Part shown: one piece after another, positions 5,338 through 12,183 of the stretch
Numbering within the stretch: the stretch's first letter is position 1
How the letters are laid out: every line of letters starts with the position of its first letter
Source of the DNA: Candidatus Altimarinota bacterium
GTDB taxonomy: Bacteria > Patescibacteriota > Gracilibacteria > UBA4473
NCBI GenBank assembly: GCA_050292255.1
Contig: JBNKLH010000001.1
Coordinates: 1 to 25,300, forward strand
Length of the DNA: 25,300 nucleotides
Direction of reading: 5' to 3'
Notes under the pieces: generated by a model
The model's input: the letters and a program-made list of their open reading frames with translations, nothing else
What the model was told of the DNA's origin: nothing
Databases searched by the model: none
Translations under genes and position numbers: made by a program

Positions 5338-7902
5338 ATGTCCTTTTTGGGCGTTTCCCTAAAAAAAACAAATATGAAAAAATATCCCCTCTTTTTCGGA
5401 GTTTTGTGCCTGTCTATCCTCGGAAGCGCGTCTGCGGCTTCTTTTGCGGATGTAGAAATCACACATGACAATTATCAAGCGATTCAGTTTTTTGCCGATA
5501 ACGGACTGATCGAAGGAAATATGAAAGACGGGAAACAATTCTTTCGTGGGTTTGATAAAGTCACCCGAGCGGAGGCTTTGAAGGTTTTGCTTTTGGCGGC
5601 GCAAGTGTCACCGGCAGAAGTAGAGAGTTCACGATTTTCGGATGTAGATCAAAATGCGTGGTATGCACCATACGTAAATACAGCCGTCGAACGGGGGATT
5701 GTCGACGGATTTGCTGATGGAATGTTTTATCCAGGCGTAGAAGTGAGACGAGCGCAGTTGCTGAAAATGGCTACGCTCGCGTTCGGGGCTGATGAGTCTC
5801 TTTATTTTGCGACAGACTGGGAGGCCGAAATGACAGAAATGGTGGAGGATGAAATGCCTATGCCAGAAGAGGAAGAATCGGTCGACGGATTTGATTGGCA
5901 ACCAGAAGAAGAATTCCAGCCATGGTATGAAGACTATATGAACTTTGCGATCTTTATGCGAGTAGAAGAAGATCCAAAAGCTGATCCAGAAGAAACGCTC
6001 ACTCGTGCCGAAATGGCAGAGATTTTGTATCGAATGTATATCCTTTCTCAGGATAACTTCGAAGAACCATTTGTTTATATGGGGAGTGGGGCCGCGAGTT
6101 ATTATGGAGCGGGGTTTTCAGGAAAGAAGACCGCCAGTGGTGAGATCTACGATCCAGAGGATTTGACGGCTGCTCATCGGACGCTTCCTTTTGGGACAAA
6201 ACTAAAAGTAACCTACGGAGATAAATCAGTCGTTGTGCGTGTGAATGATCGAGGACCGTATCATAATTCTCGTGAGCTCGATTTGTCAGAAAGAGCCTTT
6301 GGGTTATTGGCTCCGATCGAACGGGGGATTATAGAAGTCGATTATGAAGTCTATCATGGAAGTGATGACCAAATGCCCGCTATTCCGGAGTTTGTCAGGG
6401 ATTCTTTGTCCACGGATGCCAAGAATGCACCTGTCCCAGAAGCGGTTTCGGAAAAGGTTATGGAGTATCGAGATCAGGGAGTAATGCCTTCTCAATTACG
6501 GGTGCAACCTTTGTTTAATGGAACGGTTCCGCATATTGCCACAGACTTCTTTGATGGAGTGACGATGCGACGAGAATTTGCTCAGAAGGTACCGGTAGGA
6601 ACAATTTTGAATTTCTCAGGAAGTGTCGAAGAACTCGGACACAAAGAAGTAACCGTTTTCTTTGAACGATTTGCTGATCGAAACTATCCAACCCCTCAAC
6701 AGACTCTTTATACGGGGAAAATTTCAGGGAAAAACTTCGCCTTCCCGTTGCCATTTTTACGAATTGGAAAATACAAAATGGGGGTTGTGATCGATGATCA
6801 AAAGAAATCAAAAGTAGCAGAGATTCAGGTTCAACCGGCAGATTTGATTCAGCATTTTCCTTCAGCAGAAGAAGATCTTTCGCTTTTTGAAGGAGCGGAA
6901 TACGGATTTAAAGTGATCCCAGAAGAAAAGATTTTAGAGTTCGAAACCTTTGGGTTTAGTCCGCGTCATTTACAGAAATTAATTCTTTCTCAGAATGGAA
7001 AATTCCTCACGCTCAACATAGAAAGCCAAGAAAAGGCCGTGCCTTTGGCGTACTCATTCTTTCGGGACAATAAATTCACAGAAGGACCGATGAAAGTCGA
7101 AGTCTATGCGGCGGATTCTCGATTGGGGACATTGGCTTCTCGATCTATGAACTGGCAAAAGTTGGGAGAAGAATCTTTTGAGGTGATTGAAGGATTCCCA
7201 GATGAAGAAAGTGATAAGGTGGCAATCTTTGAATTCCCACGATTTTCTCATACGCTTGAGCCTTTTACACTTGCCGGGAAAACATTGGATTCACGGGTGA
7301 ATTTGGGAGCACATGCTTATCTCCTAACTCCAAGTCAAAAAATCAGAAAACTCCCGATCATTGATCGAAGTGAATACGGAGATTTTGCGATTTGGGTAAA
7401 TCCACAAGACTGGGGAACACACGTATTGGAAATTGTAGCCGATGACGGGACGATCCTCTTTAACCGGGGAATGTACTTTTCCAAAGATATCGTGTTGCCG
7501 GTTTTGGACTGGAATAAATTGGAAGTCCGTGGAAACAATAAAGTCGCTGTGCGAGATTGGATCAACCAATTCCGGACGAAAATGGGAGTGACCTTGCTCG
7601 CGAATGATCCAGAACTTGAAAAAATTGCCCAGACATATGCCACTCAAATGGCAGAAGATGACTTTATTTCTCATACGAGTCCGACCGGTCTCACATTCGA
7701 GCAACGAATCAAATCGGCAGGATTGCAGGGGGCTTATGCTGAAAATCTTAGTTTTTCTGGAAATCTTGAAGATGCCCTGGATGGAATCAAAAACTCAAGT
7801 TCTCATTATCAAAATGTGATTGGAAACCAATGGCGAAAAGTGGGGATTGGGGTAGCTAATAGTGCCAAAGGTGTTTATGTCGTCCAGATATTTGGTCGCT
7901 AG
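5338..7902 (+). CDS. secreted SLH-domain protein with an RlpA-like (DPBB) domain and a C-terminal CAP/SCP domain
   Basis: Signal peptide (MKKYPLFFGVLCLSILGSASA). SLH repeats (FADV...VTRAEALKVLL; FSDVDQNAWYAPYV...GFADGMFYP...). RlpA motif ASYYG...TASGE...TAAHRTLPFGT...NDRGP...LDLS. CAP motif INQFR...FISHTSPTG...AENL...HYQNV...VGIG. Start is 5338 (SD GGAGGTG at 5328-5334) or 5374. Confidence 0.9.
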   Translation: MSFLGVSLKKTNMKKYPLFFGVLCLSILGSASAASFADVEITHDNYQAIQFFADNGLIEGNMKDGKQFFRGFDKVTRAEALKVLLLAAQVSPAEVESSRFSDVDQNAWYAPYVNTAVERGIVDGFADGMFYPGVEVRRAQLLKMATLAFGADESLYFATDWEAEMTEMVEDEMPMPEEEESVDGFDWQPEEEFQPWYEDYMNFAIFMRVEEDPKADPEETLTRAEMAEILYRMYILSQDNFEEPFVYMGSGAASYYGAGFSGKKTASGEIYDPEDLTAAHRTLPFGTKLKVTYGDKSVVVRVNDRGPYHNSRELDLSERAFGLLAPIERGIIEVDYEVYHGSDDQMPAIPEFVRDSLSTDAKNAPVPEAVSEKVMEYRDQGVMPSQLRVQPLFNGTVPHIATDFFDGVTMRREFAQKVPVGTILNFSGSVEELGHKEVTVFFERFADRNYPTPQQTLYTGKISGKNFAFPLPFLRIGKYKMGVVIDDQKKSKVAEIQVQPADLIQHFPSAEEDLSLFEGAEYGFKVIPEEKILEFETFGFSPRHLQKLILSQNGKFLTLNIESQEKAVPLAYSFFRDNKFTEGPMKVEVYAADSRLGTLASRSMNWQKLGEESFEVIEGFPDEESDKVAIFEFPRFSHTLEPFTLAGKTLDSRVNLGAHAYLLTPSQKIRKLPIIDRSEYGDFAIWVNPQDWGTHVLEIVADDGTILFNRGMYFSKDIVLPVLDWNKLEVRGNNKVAVRDWINQFRTKMGVTLLANDPELEKIAQTYATQMAEDDFISHTSPTGLTFEQRIKSAGLQGAYAENLSFSGNLEDALDGIKNSSSHYQNVIGNQWRKVGIGVANSAKGVYVVQIFGR

Positions 7903-7932
7903 ATAAATGAGTGATACACTTTTATAGAATTT

Positions 7933-9243
7933 ATGTTTTCTACGCATATGACATTCAAAAATATTCGAATACCGGCCCTCTTTCTCTTTGGTTTTTCTCT
8001 CTTTGGAGGAATGGTTTTGGCTCAGGCACCCGCTGAAGTACAAAATGTAAAAGTAGTTCAAAATGCGGACAATGAAACATCTGTGGATGTAACGTGGGAA
8101 GAGGCAGATGGATTTGATGACATTGTTATTGGATACAAGTTGTACTATGGGCAAAATTCTGTCCAAGAAATTGGAGTGGAATATGATGAGGTGGTCACAC
8201 TTGAAAATGTGTTGTCTCACACTGTTTCTAATTTAGAACCCGATACGCAGTACTTTTTTGCGGTGACAGCAGTGAATACAGCTGGAGAAGAATCTGAGAC
8301 ATATTCTCAGGAAGTATCGATCACAACGCTCGCACCAAAACCAACATTAAAAGTTATTTCTGCATTACAGACGAATCTTTCTCAGGTACAGGTTGAAATG
8401 TCGAGTGAACCGGTGATTCAGAATATGACGGATGCGTTTATTTTAGAAGAAGTGGATGCCGGAAATGAAATCGGCATTGTTTCCGGAGATATTTTGGGAA
8501 ATATGGTGACGCTTCAAACCGATGGAGAACTTACAAAAGATCTTCGATATCGGATTACCGCGACTTCTGCGGTAAAGGATCAAGAAGGTGTGCCTGTGTC
8601 TTCAGGAATTACAGATACAGTAGAATTTGTGGCGGATTTTATTCCTCCAGAACCAGAGCCAGAGGTGGTTCCCGAACCAGTCATAGAACCGGAGCCTGAA
8701 GTCGTAGTTGAGCCAGAGCCAGTGGTGGAGCCTGAGCCGGAACCGGAAGTTGTTGAGCCAGAGCCTGTCGTGGAAGAGCCGGAGATTCGAGAACCATTCG
8801 GTCCAGACGTTCCACTAGAGACACCAGAACCGGAAATGCAACCAGCCGCTCCAGATATTGCACCGCCTATGGATGTAACGAGCTTGCGATATGATACGGA
8901 TCAATTGGATAAGGGAGTGGTCGTACTCACCTGGAAAAAATCAGCGGATACAGACGGGGATGTTATGGATCAGGTCATGTATGTACGAGAAAATAGAGGA
9001 TTGTGGGATAATGGATTGTCTCTCGGAAAAGATCTCGAATTTATGGAGCTTGGAGTTGAAAAAGGAAAAAATTACGAAGTACGAATTACGACCCTTGATA
9101 CCTCTGGGAATGAATCCGTGGGAACCTTTACATCATTCTCCACTCAATTGTCTCAAAGTGGACCTTCTGTGGGAATGATCATTGCGATTGGAGTATCAAT
9201 GTTTTTCTTTCTGATTATCGTTGGACGACGACGATCTTCGTAG
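7933..9243 (+). CDS. fibronectin type III surface protein with Ig-like domain, Pro/Glu linker and C-terminal membrane anchor
   Basis: Signal peptide, FN3 pattern (VTWE...IGYKLYYG...NLEPDTQYFFAVTAVN) and second FN3-like domain (LTWKKS...YEVRITTLDTSGNES). Ends in LSQSGP + TM helix + RRR. Start may be 7948. Confidence 0.85.
   Translation: MFSTHMTFKNIRIPALFLFGFSLFGGMVLAQAPAEVQNVKVVQNADNETSVDVTWEEADGFDDIVIGYKLYYGQNSVQEIGVEYDEVVTLENVLSHTVSNLEPDTQYFFAVTAVNTAGEESETYSQEVSITTLAPKPTLKVISALQTNLSQVQVEMSSEPVIQNMTDAFILEEVDAGNEIGIVSGDILGNMVTLQTDGELTKDLRYRITATSAVKDQEGVPVSSGITDTVEFVADFIPPEPEPEVVPEPVIEPEPEVVVEPEPVVEPEPEPEVVEPEPVVEEPEIREPFGPDVPLETPEPEMQPAAPDIAPPMDVTSLRYDTDQLDKGVVVLTWKKSADTDGDVMDQVMYVRENRGLWDNGLSLGKDLEFMELGVEKGKNYEVRITTLDTSGNESVGTFTSFSTQLSQSGPSVGMIIAIGVSMFFFLIIVGRRRSS
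8647..8784 (+). repeat. low-complexity coding repeat (EPEPEVV/EPEPVV) forming a linker
   Basis: Imperfect tandem Pro-Glu-Val repeats with varied codons. Confidence 0.85.
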
Positions 9244-10002
9244 ATGAAAAAGGCACCCATTCGTCTCCAAAAATATCTTTCCGAATGCGGAGTCTGTTCA
9301 CGTCGTGTGGCAGAGGATTTGATTCGCCAACAGAAAGTCGTGGTAAATGGCGAAGTTGCTTCTTTGGGAGATAAGGTGACCGGAGAAGAAACGATTTTGG
9401 TAAACGGGCAAAAAGTTCAATCGGCAGCAAAAAAAGAAACAAAAGTCATCGCGTGGTACAAGCCGCGTGGTATTGAAGTGACGTTTCGAAATGAACATGG
9501 CGGACAGACGCTTTTGCATGCGCCAAATTATGCTGAAATGAAAAAATATCTAGATGGACGAATGATTCCATCCGGACGATTGGACAAAGAATCGGAGGGC
9601 CTGCTCTTGCTCACAAATGATGGGGAGCTCGCTAACGAACTCATGCATCCTCGATATGAGCACGAAAAAGAATATGTCGTGACCGTTCACAAATCGATCA
9701 CAGATCAGTTTTTGAAACATATGTCCGATGGATCGATTCAGCTGGATGGGAAAAGTGTGATGCCTTGTATCGTCGATACAAATTACGAACTCCCCAAAAC
9801 GAACATTAAAACGCTTTTGGCTCAGGCGGATAATACCTTTCGTATCGTGCTCAAAGAAGGACGAAACCGACAAATCCGAAAAATGTGTGATGCGTTAGGG
9901 TATCGAGTGATGTCGTTGAAACGAATCCGTATGCAAAATGTGAAGTTAGGAAAGCTCAAAGAAGGGGATTGGAAGAAGGTGGTGCCAGCGGATTTACGAT
10001 AA
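9244..10002 (+). CDS. RsuA-family rRNA pseudouridine synthase (RluB/RluF-like)
   Basis: S4 domain (RLQKYLSECGVCSRR), catalytic GRLDKESEGLLLLTNDG and EGRNRQIRKM. Confidence 0.93.
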   Translation: MKKAPIRLQKYLSECGVCSRRVAEDLIRQQKVVVNGEVASLGDKVTGEETILVNGQKVQSAAKKETKVIAWYKPRGIEVTFRNEHGGQTLLHAPNYAEMKKYLDGRMIPSGRLDKESEGLLLLTNDGELANELMHPRYEHEKEYVVTVHKSITDQFLKHMSDGSIQLDGKSVMPCIVDTNYELPKTNIKTLLAQADNTFRIVLKEGRNRQIRKMCDALGYRVMSLKRIRMQNVKLGKLKEGDWKKVVPADLR

Positions 10003-10003
10003 C

Positions 10004-10031
10004 TTGTCTTGGGGCGTTATTTGCGTATACT
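10004..10031 (+). promoter_or_regulatory. putative sigma70 promoter for yebC
   Basis: TTGTCT (10004-10009), 16 nt spacer, TATACT (10026-10031). Confidence 0.5.
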
Positions 10032-10055
10032 GCGGGCACTTAACCATTATTTTTC

Positions 10056-10793
10056 ATGTCCGGACACAGTAAATGGCATTCGATTAAGCATAAAAAAGGA
10101 GCAAACGACGCGAAGCGTGGGAAGATTTTGACGAAGCATGCAAAAATTTTGGAAGTGATCGGACGAAACGATCCGAATCCGGATACAAATGCGTCTCTCC
10201 GAGTAGCAATCGCGAATGCGAAAGCGGATAACGTGCCGAATGACAATATTGACCGAATTTTGAAAAAACTGGCGGGAGGAGATAAAGATGGAGCAGTGTA
10301 TAGCGAACAAGTCTACGAAGGATTTGGACCGGAAGGGATCCCATTTGTCGTGACGGCGTTGACAGATAATATCAACCGAACGTTTCCATCTATCCGAAGT
10401 GCATTTAACAAAAATGGAGGAAACTTGGGGAGTTCTGGGTCTGTTATGTTTCAATTTGATCATGTGGGAGTGGTTGTGATCGAAAATGGAGGAAAATCAG
10501 AAGAAGAACTCTTTGAAATCGCGATTGAAGCCGGGGGAGATGATTTTGAATACGATGAAGAAGAATCTACGATTATTACTAAATTTACCGATTTGGCAGC
10601 GGTACGAGATGCCCTAGATGGAAAAGTAACGGTAAAGAAATCGGCTCCAGAATACCGGGCCAAAGATCCACAAATGATCTCAGATCAAGCAGTTCTTGAT
10701 AAAGTAGAAAAATTTATCGCGGCAGTCGAAGACGCAGAAGACGTGGACGAAGTCTTTGGTGGATTTGACGTATCCGATGACCTTATGGGCTAA
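10056..10793 (+). CDS. yebC: YebC/PmpR family protein
   Basis: MSGHSKWHSIKHKKGANDAKRGK, YEGFGPEG and GGNLGSSGSV signatures. Confidence 0.96.
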   Translation: MSGHSKWHSIKHKKGANDAKRGKILTKHAKILEVIGRNDPNPDTNASLRVAIANAKADNVPNDNIDRILKKLAGGDKDGAVYSEQVYEGFGPEGIPFVVTALTDNINRTFPSIRSAFNKNGGNLGSSGSVMFQFDHVGVVVIENGGKSEEELFEIAIEAGGDDFEYDEEESTIITKFTDLAAVRDALDGKVTVKKSAPEYRAKDPQMISDQAVLDKVEKFIAAVEDAEDVDEVFGGFDVSDDLMG

Positions 10794-10811
10794 GGCTCGA
10801 ACTTTAAAAAT

Positions 10812-12176
10812 ATGGCACGACCAAAACGACCTCGGAAGGATGGCCCATTAGTGGGTGAAATCTTTGAATTGGAAATCACAGATCTCGCGTTTGGCGGGGC
10901 TGGGATTGCACGGAAGGATAACTTTGTGATCTTTGTGAATGGGGGATTGCCTGAGCAAACCGTAAAGGCAGTCGTCACGAAGCAAAATCGAAACTGGCTG
11001 GATGCCCGAGTGACGGAAGTTTTGAAACCCGCTTCTTGGGAAACTTTTCCCGCGGAATACCAACAAATCCCGGGATGTCCTTGGGGACGAATGCCACTTG
11101 AAATGCAACACGAATACAAGCAAAAACAAGTGTTTGGACTCTTTCAACGATTTGCAAAAATAGATCTCGAAACGGTGTTTGATGAATTTGTTTCCTCACC
11201 GCGGACATGGGACTACCGAAATAAAATGGAGTTCTCCTTTGGGTTTAACGAAAACAAAGAGTTTTGCCTGGGGTCCAAAATGCGAGGACAGTTCGAACTC
11301 GTCGAACAAGCAGAAAAACCTTCTGGGATGTTTGATGCAGAATTTGAAAAACTTATCCCGGAGATCCGAGATATTTGTGCCGATTTGATGCCGGAAGCAT
11401 TGGATCAATTTCATCTTTTGCGAGTACGAAAAAGCCATGCGGAGAATTCATTCTTGGTTGAACTAGAGACAGAAGAACTCGAAACAATTCCGTTTGATGC
11501 GATGAAGTTGGGGAACTTTTTATCAGAAAAACTCGGCGACCAGTTGGCAGGTTTTTTGCTCCGAAATGGACGACGAGGAGGTCGAAAGATCTTGATCGGG
11601 AAAGATCATTTTACGGAAAAACTGGGGGAACTTTCTTTTGATGTTTCTATTGATGCGTTTTTTCAACCGAATGTATTTTCAGCGGAAAAATTGTATAACA
11701 AAGCCCTTGAATATGCTGATTTGAAAGGCGATGAAAAAGTATGGGATTTATTCTGTGGGACGGGAACAATTGCTCAATTTATGGCAAAGCAAAACCCAAA
11801 TGCTTCTGTGGTTGGAGTAGAACTTATCTCTTCTGCAGTGGCCAACGCGCGTGTGAATGCCGAACGAAACGGGATCAAAAATGTAGAGTTTACGTGCGAT
11901 GATGTGCACAAATTTTGTTCGCGATATCAAGATCAATCAATAGATGTGATTATGCTCGATCCACCTCGTGCGGGAGTGGCCAAGAAGTCTTGGAAATACA
12001 TTCTCGGGACCAAGCCAAAGAAACTGGTGTACGTGTCTTGTAATCCAGCGACAATGGCGCGCGATGCGGAGATCTTGGTTGAGTCCGGATACACGCTCAA
12101 ACGATTTTCACTTGTCGATCAGTTTCCACACACTTCTCATGTAGAGGGAGTCGGGGAGTTTGTGTTGTCAGAATAG
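10812..12176 (+). CDS. rlmD: 23S rRNA (uracil-5)-methyltransferase, RlmD/RumA family
   Basis: TRAM domain (DLAFGGAGIAR), YRNKMEF, FFQPN, DLFCGTG, LDPPRAG, YVSCNPATMARD and DQFPHTSHVE motifs. Confidence 0.92.
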   Translation: MARPKRPRKDGPLVGEIFELEITDLAFGGAGIARKDNFVIFVNGGLPEQTVKAVVTKQNRNWLDARVTEVLKPASWETFPAEYQQIPGCPWGRMPLEMQHEYKQKQVFGLFQRFAKIDLETVFDEFVSSPRTWDYRNKMEFSFGFNENKEFCLGSKMRGQFELVEQAEKPSGMFDAEFEKLIPEIRDICADLMPEALDQFHLLRVRKSHAENSFLVELETEELETIPFDAMKLGNFLSEKLGDQLAGFLLRNGRRGGRKILIGKDHFTEKLGELSFDVSIDAFFQPNVFSAEKLYNKALEYADLKGDEKVWDLFCGTGTIAQFMAKQNPNASVVGVELISSAVANARVNAERNGIKNVEFTCDDVHKFCSRYQDQSIDVIMLDPPRAGVAKKSWKYILGTKPKKLVYVSCNPATMARDAEILVESGYTLKRFSLVDQFPHTSHVEGVGEFVLSE

Positions 12177-12183
12177 TCAGAAG

